A DNA stretch of 64,000 bases from an uncultured Verrucomicrobiae bacterium (GTDB lineage Bacteria; Verrucomicrobiota; Verrucomicrobiia; Limisphaerales; UBA11358). Location: assembly GCA_963714695.1 (NCBI GenBank), contig CAVQPQ010000008.1, positions 180,656-244,655 of the forward strand, written 5' to 3'. A program made the translations under genes and the position numbers. Under the pieces are notes generated by a model that was not told where the DNA came from, did no database searches, and saw only the letters and a list, made by a program, of their open reading frames with translations. Position 1 is the stretch's first letter, and each line of letters opens with the position of its first letter. Shown here in pieces: positions 32,756-42,750 of this stretch.

Positions 32756-34811
32756 ATGGAAAACGAACGTAAAACTCTGGATGACCGCCAGAAAATGACC
32801 GAGCTGGAGCGCCTCCGGCACTCCGCCGCCCACGTCATGGCCACCGCCATCGTCCGGCTCTGGCCCGACGCCCAGTTCGCCTCCGGCCCGGCGGTCGAAA
32901 ACGGCTTTTACTACGACGTTCGAACTGTCGCACCGCATCTCGCCGGAAGATTTCCCGAAGATCGAGGAGGAGATGAAAAAGGAAATCAAGGCGAACCACA
33001 CTTTCGAGAAAATCACCGTCACACGCGAGCAGGCGCTGGAAGATTCACAAAAAGGCCGGCTCGGCGCGCTCGGCGAGCGTCCGGGCAACCCGAGCAAATT
33101 CAAAATCGGCAACCTGGAGGACATTCCCGCAGGCGAGCCGATCACGTATTACAAGAGCGGCGATTTCATTGACCTATGCGCCGGGCCGCACGTGATGCGC
33201 ACCGGCAACATCGGCGCGTTCCGGCTCACCACCGTGGCCAGCGCCTATTACAAGGGCGACGAGAAAAACCCGCAGCTCCAGCGCATCTACGGCACCGCGT
33301 TCAAGAACAAGACGCAGCTTGAAGAGTATTTCAAGATGATCGAAGAGGCCAAGCGCCGCGACCATCGCAAGATCGGCGCGGAGATGGGGTTGTTCGCGCT
33401 GGACGCCGAATACGTCGGGCCGGGCATGCCGCTGTGGCTGCCGAAGGGCACGGCAATTGTCGAGGAACTGGAGAAGCTGGCCAAGGAAACCGAATTCCAG
33501 GCCGGTTACGTGCGCGTCCGCACACCGCATCTGGCCAGGGAGAAAATGTATAAAACTTCCGGCCACCTGCCGTATTACGCAGAGTCAATGTTTCCGCCAA
33601 TGAAAATTCATGAAGGCGGTCATGCCGCATCTGGTTGGGTTAAGAACCCGGAGATGATGGAAGAAATGTTAGCCCAGGATGCGCCCATCTATAGGCAGAT
33701 TTTGGAACGAATCGCTGGCCAATCGCTTGAAAAGGCTAGTGCTGAGCTTAGGGCTACTGCCAAACAGCAGGGCGTTCTTGAAAGGCTTGATAAGCAGGCG
33801 TATTGGTGTTTTCTCGCTTACGCTATGCCCGAGATTGCAAATCCCAGCGAGCGCTACTACCTCAAAGCCATGAACTGCCCGCATCATCACCGCATTTTTG
33901 CGGCGGAGCCGCGCAGTTACCGCGATTTGCCGTTGCGCCTCGCCGAGTACGGCACCTGCTATCGCTACGAGCAATCGGGCGAATTGTTCGGTCTCATGCG
34001 CGTCCGCTCGCTCAACATGAACGACGCGCACATCTATTGCACGCCGGAGCAGTTCGCCGCCGAGTTCAACGCGGTGAACGAGATGTATCTGAAATATTTC
34101 AAGATTTTTGGCATCGAAAAATACGTGATGCGCTTCAGCACCTCGGCGCCGGAAGGCATGGGCAAGAAATACGTCAACGAACCGGAACTCTGGAAGCAAA
34201 CCGAGGACATGGTCCGCAAGGTGTTGATTGATTCCAAGATCAACTACGTGGAAGTGGCGAACGAGGCGGCGTTCTACGGCCCGAAGATTGACGTGCAGGT
34301 CTGGAGCGTCATCGGCCGCGAATTCACGCTGGCGACCAACCAGGTGGACTTTGCCGTGCCCAAACGTTTCGGCCTGGTCTATCGCGACAAGGACAACACG
34401 GACAAGACGCCGTTGTGCATCCATCGCGCGCCGCTGGGCACGCACGAGCGGTTCATCGGCTTTCTCATCGAGCATTACGCCGGCAACTTCCCGCTCTGGC
34501 TCGCGCCCGAGCAGGTGCGCGTGCTGACCATCGGCGAGGAGGAACCGCTGGTGAACTACGCCAAGGCCATCGTGCAGGAACTCCGCGCCAGCTTCGTCCG
34601 CGTGGAAGCCGATTTTTCATCGAACAAGATCAACGGCAAAATCCAGGACGCCGAGAAGGCGAAAGTCCACACGATGCTCGTCATCGGCGGCCGCGACCTG
34701 GACGCCGGCAACGTGAGCGTGCGTCTGCACGGCAAAGGCAACGTCGGGGCCAAGCCGAAGAACGAAGTGATCGCGGACATTTTGCTGGCCATCAAGGAGC
34801 GCAAAGCATAA
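32756..34811 (+). CDS. thrS: threonine--tRNA ligase (no TGS domain), frame interrupted by a 1-nt insertion near 32918
   Basis: ORF 32747..33172 carries HSAAHVMA...ENGFYYD. ORF 32973..34811, in the next frame, continues [23 protein letters not shown] upstream of its first ATG. It then has DLCAGPH, MNCPHH, class-II motifs and the anticodon-binding domain. Confidence 0.9.
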
Positions 34812-34851
34812 ATGGATTGTCACCGCACGAAATCGGAAAACGCGGCGGCCA

Positions 34852-36522
34852 ATGTTCAAATGTTCGGAACCATCATCGGAAAGTGTCCCGGCTGCCGGGA
34901 CCACCCGGGCCATTTTTTTTCTGCTCCTGATTCTGACCGTGGTCACCGCGATCCGGATCCGCCTCTTGAACATGCCTTTGGAGCGTGACGAAGGGGAGTA
35001 CGCTTACGCGGGGCAATTGTTGCTCCAAGATGTCTCTCCATATAAAGCGGCTTACAACGTCACGTTGAAATTGCCCGGCACGTGTGTGGCGTATGCGCTC
35101 ATCATGGCGGTGTTCGGCCAGACGACCGCCGCCCTTCATGCGGCGGTGATTTTGGCCAATCTGGCCACGGCGGTGCTGGTCTTTGTCATGGCGCGGCGCA
35201 TCTACGGGGATGCCGCCGGGGTGGTCGCCGCCGGCACGTATGCCCTGCTCTCCATCGTGCCGGAAACCTTTGGGCTGGCCGCTCACGCCACACACTTTGT
35301 CATGTTGCCGGCGCTCGCGGGCGTCGTCCTGCTCCAAAACCTGGATGATCGCACTTCGGCCGCGCGGATTTTTTCCGCCGGACTGCTCTTCGGGCTGGCG
35401 GTCCTGATGAAACAAACAGGCGCGGCGTTCGGACTTTTTGCGGCCGGTTGGATTTTGTGGTGCGAATTTTCGTCCGATCAAAAGCATTGGCGGCGGCTGG
35501 CCGCACGCCTGGCTTGGCTGGCCTTGGGCGGGTTGCTCCCTATCGTCCTGACGTGTTTCATAATTGTCCGCGCCGGTGATTTTCATCAATTTTGGCTGTG
35601 GACATTTGAATACGCCCATGAACATGCCTCCGTCATCCCGTTTGCCCGGGGGATCACAACCCTGGTCAGTGTGGCCATCCCGCTGTTAAAAGCCGCTCCG
35701 GGATTGTGGGGCCTGGCGGTATTGGGCCTTGTTCTGCTCCCTGGCGAACCGTCCCTGCGACACTGGCGGGCTTTCGTTGCAGGCTTAACGGTTTTTTCGT
35801 GTGTTGCGGTCTGGCCCGGATGGCGCGGGCATTACTTTATTCAATTGCTTCCCGCAGCGGGCTTGCTGGCGGCGGGAACATTCCGCGCGGTTGTCGGCTT
35901 CCTGTCCCGATCCAATTTTTCGTTGCCATCAACGGCACTGCCCGCCCTGGTTTTTGGAGTGGCCGCCGCCAGTTTGCTGATTCAATCGAGCAACATTTAC
36001 TTTCTACTTGCTCCCGCGCAGGCGTGCCGCGTGATTTATGGCTCAAATCCATTTCCCGAGTCAGTGGAAATTGGCCGGTATTTGGCGTCCCACAGTGGTC
36101 CCGGGGCGCGGATTGCGGTGCTGGGATCCGAACCACAGATATACTTTTACAGCCATCGTCGTTCGGCCACCGGATATATTTGCACCTATCCCCTGATGGA
36201 GCCGCAGCCCCACGCCGTTGAAATGCAACAGGAGATGATCCGGGAAATTGAGAAGAACAACCCAGATTATGTGGTGTTTGTTCATGTCGCATTTTCCTGG
36301 TTGCAGTATTCAGATTCCAATCCGTTGATCTTTGACTGGTTTGGAAGGTATCAACGGGAGAATCTTCAAATGGCTGGCTTGGTGGAAATTCCATCCGACG
36401 GCCCGACGCGGTACCGCTGGTTTGACCAGCCGGAAACCAACGCGCAAACGTCGGCAAAATCATGGCTGGCGGTTTTCAAGCGCCGGGTTGACAGTGGGCA
36501 GATCCCCGTAAAAGCCAAATAA
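34852..36522 (+). CDS. GT-C-fold membrane glycosyltransferase-like protein (ArnT/PMT-like)
   Basis: ERDEGEYAYAGQLLL after the first TM, ~11 TM segments, soluble C-terminal domain. Confidence 0.6.
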   Translation: MFKCSEPSSESVPAAGTTRAIFFLLLILTVVTAIRIRLLNMPLERDEGEYAYAGQLLLQDVSPYKAAYNVTLKLPGTCVAYALIMAVFGQTTAALHAAVILANLATAVLVFVMARRIYGDAAGVVAAGTYALLSIVPETFGLAAHATHFVMLPALAGVVLLQNLDDRTSAARIFSAGLLFGLAVLMKQTGAAFGLFAAGWILWCEFSSDQKHWRRLAARLAWLALGGLLPIVLTCFIIVRAGDFHQFWLWTFEYAHEHASVIPFARGITTLVSVAIPLLKAAPGLWGLAVLGLVLLPGEPSLRHWRAFVAGLTVFSCVAVWPGWRGHYFIQLLPAAGLLAAGTFRAVVGFLSRSNFSLPSTALPALVFGVAAASLLIQSSNIYFLLAPAQACRVIYGSNPFPESVEIGRYLASHSGPGARIAVLGSEPQIYFYSHRRSATGYICTYPLMEPQPHAVEMQQEMIREIEKNNPDYVVFVHVAFSWLQYSDSNPLIFDWFGRYQRENLQMAGLVEIPSDGPTRYRWFDQPETNAQTSAKSWLAVFKRRVDSGQIPVKAK

Positions 36523-36555
36523 TCCTTATCCGCCGAGTAACGACACATCGGAGAC

Positions 36556-36735
36556 TTAGGTCTGGTCCTGCTTTTCACCGGCTTGAGTGCGTTTCCGTTT
36601 GTCCACGGCCTGGCGCAGGAGGTATTCGATCTGGCCGTTGATGCTGCGCAATTCATCGCCCGCCCATTTCTCCAGTTCCTTCCGCAGGTCGGGCGGGATG
36701 CGCAGCAAAAACGGTTTGCGTTCGTCGTTCGGCAT
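36556..36735 (-). CDS. Arc/MetJ-type ribbon-helix-helix DNA-binding protein (59 aa, below the ORF-track cutoff)
   Basis: Hand translation: [59 protein letters not shown]. The ATG directly abuts the TAG stop of the SPFH gene. Confidence 0.65.
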   Translation of the reverse strand: MPNDERKPFLLRIPPDLRKELEKWAGDELRSINGQIEYLLRQAVDKRKRTQAGEKQDQT

Positions 36736-37740
36736 CTATTGGTACAGCGTGCCGGTGTTGACGACGGGTGTGACCTCGGACTCGCCGCAAAGGACGACCA
36801 GCAGATTGCTCACCATGGAGGCCTTGCGTTCTTCGTCGAGCTTGACGATCCCTTTTTCCGACAACTCGCGCAACGCCATGTCCACCATGCTGACCGCGCC
36901 ATGCACGATTTTCGTGCGCGCGGCGATGACTGCCTCGGCCTGTTGCCGGCGGAGCATCGCCTGGGCGATTTCAGGCGCGTAGGCCAGATGCGTCAACCGG
37001 GTTTCCTCCACCACCACGCCCGCCTTGTCCAGCCGCTCCTGCAATTCCTTTTTCAAGGCCGCCGCAACCTCGTCGGCGCTCTCGCGCAACGTCAGCTCGT
37101 GCTCCTCGCCGCGGTCATAGGCGTAAAGGTTGGCAGTGTGGCGGATGGCTGACTCGCTTTGGATGTGAATATAACTTTCGTAATCGTCCACATCGAACGC
37201 CGCCTTGGCGGTGTCTTCGACACGCCAGACCACCACGGCCGCAATCTCAACGGGATTGCCGCGCTTGTCATTGACCTTGAGCCGTTCGCTGTTGAAGTTG
37301 CGCGCGCGCAGAGAGATTTTGGCGCTCAGTCCGCGTTGCGACAGAGTCGCGATATTTGTACTCACCTTGGCCCTCTCGGGGGCAGAGGAACCCGTGGGCA
37401 GCGAGCAGCCGCGAATCCGCGAATAAAGAGGATTTGCCCACCAAAAACCGCTCTGGCGTACGGTGCCTTTGTAGGCGCCGAAAAGGATCAACACGCGCGC
37501 TTCATTTGGCTGCAGGGTGAAATGGCCTTTGAGAAGAATGATCGCCAGGACCGCGATCAGAATCGGTGCCAGCAGGAGAATGCCTGGATCTTCGTGGGAT
37601 TTCTCTGCGTGTGCGACCAGCCAGACAAACCACGCTATCGCGCCGATCAGCAGCGCGAGGTTGAAGATCAACATTATCCAGCCGTTGACCGCGTTGGTTT
37701 GATTTTCATTACTCGCCGACTTCACAGGGTTTGTATTCAT
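36736..37740 (-). CDS. SPFH/Band-7 domain membrane protein
   Basis: Two N-terminal TM segments, then an SPFH core ([25 protein letters not shown]...[24 protein letters not shown]). Confidence 0.8.
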   Translation of the reverse strand: MNTNPVKSASNENQTNAVNGWIMLIFNLALLIGAIAWFVWLVAHAEKSHEDPGILLLAPILIAVLAIILLKGHFTLQPNEARVLILFGAYKGTVRQSGFWWANPLYSRIRGCSLPTGSSAPERAKVSTNIATLSQRGLSAKISLRARNFNSERLKVNDKRGNPVEIAAVVVWRVEDTAKAAFDVDDYESYIHIQSESAIRHTANLYAYDRGEEHELTLRESADEVAAALKKELQERLDKAGVVVEETRLTHLAYAPEIAQAMLRRQQAEAVIAARTKIVHGAVSMVDMALRELSEKGIVKLDEERKASMVSNLLVVLCGESEVTPVVNTGTLYQ

Positions 37741-37985
37741 AATCAGGTCTTTCTTGTGTGTTATCGGAATGATATCATTGTGCTATCCAAAGTCAAGTTC
37801 TTTTTTGGAGTGGATAAAGGGGGAGGCGGGTTGTGCATAACTTGTGAATAGAGGCGAACAACTTGTGCTTGCCGCCGCCAAGAGGAAGGACAATTTTATT
37901 AGTTAGCATTACTGTAATTTAGAGCAGTAACAGGTTTTACTGCTGGTGGCCGTGTTTTGACAGACGGCCTGTCTCAAGAAAGAAT

Positions 37986-38540
37986 TTGAGTATGAGCAGG
38001 ACAATGTTGGTGCAAGAAACACTTTCACTGGAAGGCGCCAATGCCTGCCATTTTGTGGTGTTGTACGAGGATGCCGTCGCTCACGACGTGGCGACGGAGG
38101 TTTGCGGACGGCTGTTGGCGCACTTTGAGTCGGACCTGGCGTTTGCCTTCAGTTTTTGGAAATTCAAAGACTTGGACAATCCGGTAACGGCTCATTGGGC
38201 GGCGGAAGCCGTGGCCCTTGCGGACGTCATATTGCTTTCCCTGCCGGGGCGTGAACTGAGCCCGGAAGCCATGCACTGGCTGGACTTGTGCGTGCAAGTG
38301 CGAACGAAGACGGAAGGGGCTTTGGCCGTAATGGTCACGGAACACCACGACAAGGATCTGGTGGTCGAGGCGCTTTTGTCCCGGTTGCAATTTGCCGCGC
38401 ATCGGTTGCAAATGGACTTCTTGCCGCTCCTGTCGCCGTCCGCAGGCGCGAGATTCAGAACATTGGCGGATTCGCCACCGGCATGGTTGAATGAAGCCTG
38501 GGAGGCCCTCGGCAGCAGCCGTTTGAGATTGAACGAATAA
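37986..38540 (+). CDS. hypothetical protein
   Basis: 184-codon ORF with host-like codon usage. No family recognised. Confidence 0.45.
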   Translation: MSMSRTMLVQETLSLEGANACHFVVLYEDAVAHDVATEVCGRLLAHFESDLAFAFSFWKFKDLDNPVTAHWAAEAVALADVILLSLPGRELSPEAMHWLDLCVQVRTKTEGALAVMVTEHHDKDLVVEALLSRLQFAAHRLQMDFLPLLSPSAGARFRTLADSPPAWLNEAWEALGSSRLRLNE

Positions 38541-38658
38541 GTTTGTGCAGCATCCCCCACCGGTTCAAAGCGGGGACGGCCTCGTTTTCCCGGGATTTAT
38601 CACCAGCTCACATCAGTCAGGCTTGAGATTTTCCCCGCTTTCGCATATTCGTCGCTCC

Positions 38659-38964
38659 ATGCTTGTGGTCCACGTTCATGTTCACGTCAAACCGGAACAC
38701 GTTGAGTCCTTCAAACAGGCGACGCTTGCCAACGCGCGCGCGAGCCGGCAGGAGCCGGGCGTGGCGCGCTTCGACGTCGTCCAGCAACAGGATGACCCGT
38801 CACACTTCGTCCTCGTGGAGGTGTATCGCGACGCCAACGCCGCGGTGGCGCACAAAGAGACGAAACATTACCCGGTCTGGCGGGACGCGGTCGCGCCGAT
38901 GATGGCCGAACCGCGTTTCAGCGTGAAATTCAGCAACCTTTTTCCAGATGACAAAAATTGGTAG
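38659..38964 (+). CDS. antibiotic-biosynthesis-monooxygenase (ABM) family protein
   Basis: ORF 38545..38964 trimmed to [40 protein letters not shown]...FVLVEVYRD, a typical ~100-aa ferredoxin-like ABM fold signature. Confidence 0.75.
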   Translation: MLVVHVHVHVKPEHVESFKQATLANARASRQEPGVARFDVVQQQDDPSHFVLVEVYRDANAAVAHKETKHYPVWRDAVAPMMAEPRFSVKFSNLFPDDKNW

Positions 38965-39020
38965 CTGTGCTTGTAAAAGCGCGAAGAACCGCATTCTCAC
39001 GAACGCGGCCACATGCGAGC

Positions 39021-40175
39021 ATGAAATTTGAATTTGCCACCGCCGCGCGCATCGTCTTCGGCGCGGGCTCGGTCAATAACGCCGACGCCATCGCCAAAGG
39101 ATTTGGCCGCCGCGCACTCGTTGTCACCGGGCGCGATGCCCGTCGCGCAGAACGGATTTTGGCCGGATTAAAGTCCGGTGGCGTCGGTTCAACAACGTTT
39201 TCTGTCGCCGGCGAACCGGAATTGGAAACGGTGGAACGGGGAACAAAGCTGGCCCAGGCGGAGCATTGCGATCTGGTGATTGGTTTTGGCGGCGGCAGTG
39301 TACTGGACGCGGCCAAGGCCATTGCCGCGATGCTGACGAACGGAGGTGGGTTGCTTGATTACATTGAAATCATCGGACGCGGCCGGCCGCTGGCCAAATT
39401 GTCCGCGCCGTTCATTGCGATTCCGACGACGGCGGGCACCGGCGCGGAGGTCACGCGCAACGCGGTGCTGGCCTCGCCGGAACACAAATTGAAAGTCAGC
39501 CTGCGCAGCCCATTGATGCTTGCCCGGGTGGCGGTAATTGATCCCGAATTGACTTATGATTTACCCCCGGCGCTCACCGCCAGCACCGGCCTTGATGCGC
39601 TCACGCAACTGATTGAACCGTTCGTTTGCAATCGCGCGAATCCGATGACCGACGGGCTGTGCGTCGAAGGTCTTCGCCGCGCGGCGCGGTCGTTGCGCGT
39701 GGCGTTCAGCAAGGGACAGGACAAGGACGCGCGGGAAGACATGGCGTTGGCCAGCCTGTTTGGCGGACTGGCATTGTCCAACGCCGGGCTGGGCGCGGTG
39801 CATGGTTTCGCCGGACCGATGGGCGGCAGTTTTCCCACGCCGCACGGCGCGATTTGCGCGGCATTGCTGCCCCACGTGATGGCGATGAATCTCCGCGCGC
39901 TGCGCCAACGCTATCCGAATGGCACGGCGTTGTCCCGTTACGACGAGGTGGCGTGGTGGCTCACCGGTGACATGAAGGCCAAGGCCGACGACGGCGTAAA
40001 ATGGGTCCGCGCGCTGGCCGCCGATTTGAAAGTTCCGCGCCTCGGCGGTTTTGGCATTCAGCGCGAACACTTCCCCGACCTCGTGGCGAAAGCCGCGAAC
40101 GCGAGCAGCATGAAGGCAAATCCCATTGTGCTCACGCCGGAGGAATTGACTGAGACGCTGGAACAGGCGTTGTGA
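39021..40175 (+). CDS. iron-containing alcohol dehydrogenase
   Basis: GFGGGSVLDAAKAIA and IAIPTTAGTGAEVT motifs. ~385 aa after trimming to MKFEFATAARIVFGAGS. Confidence 0.85.
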   Translation: MKFEFATAARIVFGAGSVNNADAIAKGFGRRALVVTGRDARRAERILAGLKSGGVGSTTFSVAGEPELETVERGTKLAQAEHCDLVIGFGGGSVLDAAKAIAAMLTNGGGLLDYIEIIGRGRPLAKLSAPFIAIPTTAGTGAEVTRNAVLASPEHKLKVSLRSPLMLARVAVIDPELTYDLPPALTASTGLDALTQLIEPFVCNRANPMTDGLCVEGLRRAARSLRVAFSKGQDKDAREDMALASLFGGLALSNAGLGAVHGFAGPMGGSFPTPHGAICAALLPHVMAMNLRALRQRYPNGTALSRYDEVAWWLTGDMKAKADDGVKWVRALAADLKVPRLGGFGIQREHFPDLVAKAANASSMKANPIVLTPEELTETLEQAL

Positions 40176-40267
40176 ATGGGCTGGCAATGGGGTTGGGCCG
40201 CTGGAAATATCTTTGAGGCGCGGGCTTGTGCTTTGCCGGGCGCGCTTTAATTTGGCCGCGTGACATT

Positions 40268-41797
40268 ATGGATAATGGTGTGACCGCCACAACCTCCGGG
40301 CCGCCCGCCGCGATTTCTGCATCGCAGGAACGTGCCTTGGTTCTGCTGCTGGGCTGCGCCGCCGCGGTTCACGTTTTCCTTTTTTCCGCCGCGTTCCCGT
40401 TCTTCAACAATGTGGACGAGCAAATCCACTTCGACCTGGCGGTAAAATACTCGCAAGGCCACGTCCCCCGCGCACTGGAACGGGTTTCGGCGGAGGCAAC
40501 GCCTTATGCTGTCATTTATGGAACACACGAATATCTCTGGGCCTCGAATAATTTCCCCATCGAACAGTTCCCGCCGCCGTGGACCCGGCCGATGGAGAAA
40601 ATCGCGCCCAAGTTGCTGTCCTGGCAGGCCTCCTGGAACAATGTGACCAATCACGAGGCCTCGCAGCCGCCGCTTTATTATACGCTTGCAGGTTTGTGGT
40701 GGCAGGGGGGGAAGGCGTGTGGATTTCACGACGGTTCTTTGCTCTATTGGGTCCGGTTTCTGAACATCGTTTTCGTTGTTGCGCTCGTGTGGCTGGGCTT
40801 TGTGGCGGCACGGATGATCTTTCCGGAAAATTTGTTTTTGAAAATCGGCGTCCCGGCGCTGCTGGCTTTCTTTCCGCAAACGGCGTTTTATTCGATTCAA
40901 AATGACGTGCTTTCGCCGCTGTGTTTTGGCGCGGCGTTCCTTTGCCTGGTGAAATTCCTGCGCGCGGACGCGCCGGGCGTGCGGTGGGGGATGGCGACGG
41001 GCCTGGCGCTGGCGGCCACGTATCTGACCAAAGTCAGCAACCTGCCTTTGCTGGCCGTGTCCGCCGCAGTCGTGCTGTTCAAAATCTTGTGTCTGGCGAA
41101 AGCGGGAAAATTGCGCGCTGCATTCCCGGCACTGGCGGCGCTGGTGTTGTGCGCGGCCCTGCCCATCAGCGGCTGGCTGGTGTGGACAAAATATCATTTT
41201 GGCGATTTCACCGGCACGGCGGCAAAAATTCAGTTTCTGGGCTGGACGCACAAATCGTTCGGCGAATGGTGGCAGCATCCGATCTTCACGCCGCACGGAT
41301 TGTGGACTTTTGTATCGGGACTCATGGCGACGTTCTGGCAGGGGGAATTTTTGTGGCATCGCCAGCCGCTGGCCTCGCCGGTCGTGGATGCGATTTACGC
41401 CATTTCATCCGTCGGTTTCGTCGGGGTGGCGATAGTGGCCCTGCTTTCACGCCCCAACGCCGCCACCGGACCACAGCGGCAGGCGCTGTGGTTCGGGTTT
41501 TTGTGTCTGTTGGCGGCAGTGGCATTTCTGGGGTTCCTGTCCATCATTTACGATTTCCAGGACTGCTATTATCCGTCGCGCGCCCATCCGTATTTCACCT
41601 CCGGCCGGTTGATGCTCGGCGCGTTGATTCCTTTTTTGCTGCTCTTCCTTTATGGAATGGACTGCGCGTTGGGCTGGATAAAAAATAATTGGGCAAAACC
41701 GCTGGCACTGGCAGGCCTCATCCTGTTCATGCTGATTTCGGAAATCACAATTGACTGGCGGATTTTCCCGAACGCCTACAACTGGTTTCACATGTGA
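40268..41797 (+). CDS. polytopic membrane protein (GT-C-like, function unknown)
   Basis: ~12 TM segments. Periplasmic-loop features similar to ArnT/PMT-like proteins. Start trimmed to MDNGVTATT. Confidence 0.5.
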   Translation: MDNGVTATTSGPPAAISASQERALVLLLGCAAAVHVFLFSAAFPFFNNVDEQIHFDLAVKYSQGHVPRALERVSAEATPYAVIYGTHEYLWASNNFPIEQFPPPWTRPMEKIAPKLLSWQASWNNVTNHEASQPPLYYTLAGLWWQGGKACGFHDGSLLYWVRFLNIVFVVALVWLGFVAARMIFPENLFLKIGVPALLAFFPQTAFYSIQNDVLSPLCFGAAFLCLVKFLRADAPGVRWGMATGLALAATYLTKVSNLPLLAVSAAVVLFKILCLAKAGKLRAAFPALAALVLCAALPISGWLVWTKYHFGDFTGTAAKIQFLGWTHKSFGEWWQHPIFTPHGLWTFVSGLMATFWQGEFLWHRQPLASPVVDAIYAISSVGFVGVAIVALLSRPNAATGPQRQALWFGFLCLLAAVAFLGFLSIIYDFQDCYYPSRAHPYFTSGRLMLGALIPFLLLFLYGMDCALGWIKNNWAKPLALAGLILFMLISEITIDWRIFPNAYNWFHM

Positions 41798-41926
41798 GAC
41801 AACGGTGCAGGCCCGTCGGAAAATAGGAGCCGGCGTAGGGAGGCTCTGAATAAACAACATTTCCCGAAAAGATTTGAGCCTCGTCACCTCGGCTCCTACC
41901 AGAAAGAAAAATATTTGAACGGATTG

Positions 41927-42649
41927 CTAACGCATCGCCGCATAGACGCGATGCACGTCGTCGTGATCGTCGAGGGCGTTCAGGAAATCCGCGACGTCCT
42001 TGCGCGCGGTCTCGCTGAGTTCGGGAAAATTCTTGGCGAGATAGCGCATCTCGGCCGAGATGACGTTCCAGCCAGCGGCCTTGAGCGCCTTGGAAACGTG
42101 GTCAAGGTCCTTGATTTCCGTCAGAAAACGCGCGCCCTTCTGGCCGGCGGGAACTTCCTCGGCTTCCAGCGGCTCGATTTCCTGCGCGCCCGCTTCAATG
42201 GCATCGCCTTCGGCATCGCGATTCGGATCGGGATGCGTGGCTTCGACGACTCCGAGGTGATTGAAGAAAAACGCGACGCTGCCCGGCTGGCCGAGTGAGC
42301 CGGTCTTGAAGATGTTGCGGATTTCCGGCGCGGTGCGGTTGCGGCTGTCGGTGAGGCACTCGATGATGACCGGCACCTTGTGCGGCGCGAAACCTTCGTA
42401 GGTGACCAGTTCGTAATTGACCTTTTCCGTGTCAAGTCCGGCGCCCTTCCGGATGGCGCGCTCGATGGTGTCCCGATAGACGGACGCTTTCTTGGCTTTT
42501 TCGACGGCGGCGAAGAGGCGCGGATTGAGGTCGGGGTCCGGTCCGCCGAGTTTGGCCGCGACCATGATTTCGCGGACCAGCTTGGCGGTCATCTGGCCTT
42601 TTTTCTGCGCGTTGATTTCGCGCCCGGATTGTTTCCACTGTGCGCCCAT
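41927..42649 (-). CDS. YebC/PmpR-family transcriptional regulator
   Basis: MGAQWKQSGREINAQKKGQMTAKLVREIMVAAKLGGPDPDLNPRL, the canonical YebC N-terminus. Confidence 0.88.
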   Translation of the reverse strand: MGAQWKQSGREINAQKKGQMTAKLVREIMVAAKLGGPDPDLNPRLFAAVEKAKKASVYRDTIERAIRKGAGLDTEKVNYELVTYEGFAPHKVPVIIECLTDSRNRTAPEIRNIFKTGSLGQPGSVAFFFNHLGVVEATHPDPNRDAEGDAIEAGAQEIEPLEAEEVPAGQKGARFLTEIKDLDHVSKALKAAGWNVISAEMRYLAKNFPELSETARKDVADFLNALDDHDDVHRVYAAMR

Positions 42650-42750
42650 CGGCTGGCCAGTGTGGAAAAGCCGGCGCGCCGGTGCAATGTAAATTGCGTG
42701 CAAAGCCGCCGGTTTTCTGGTTAACTGCCGGAACTCTGAACCGATGCCTT

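Noticed and set aside
33603-33851. Inteins as the explanation for the thrS and lysS inserts.
   Set aside because: The inserts are only 83-89 residues. They lack an N-terminal Cys/Ser and a C-terminal His-Asn plus nucleophile junction, and they have no homing-endonuclease or Hint motifs.
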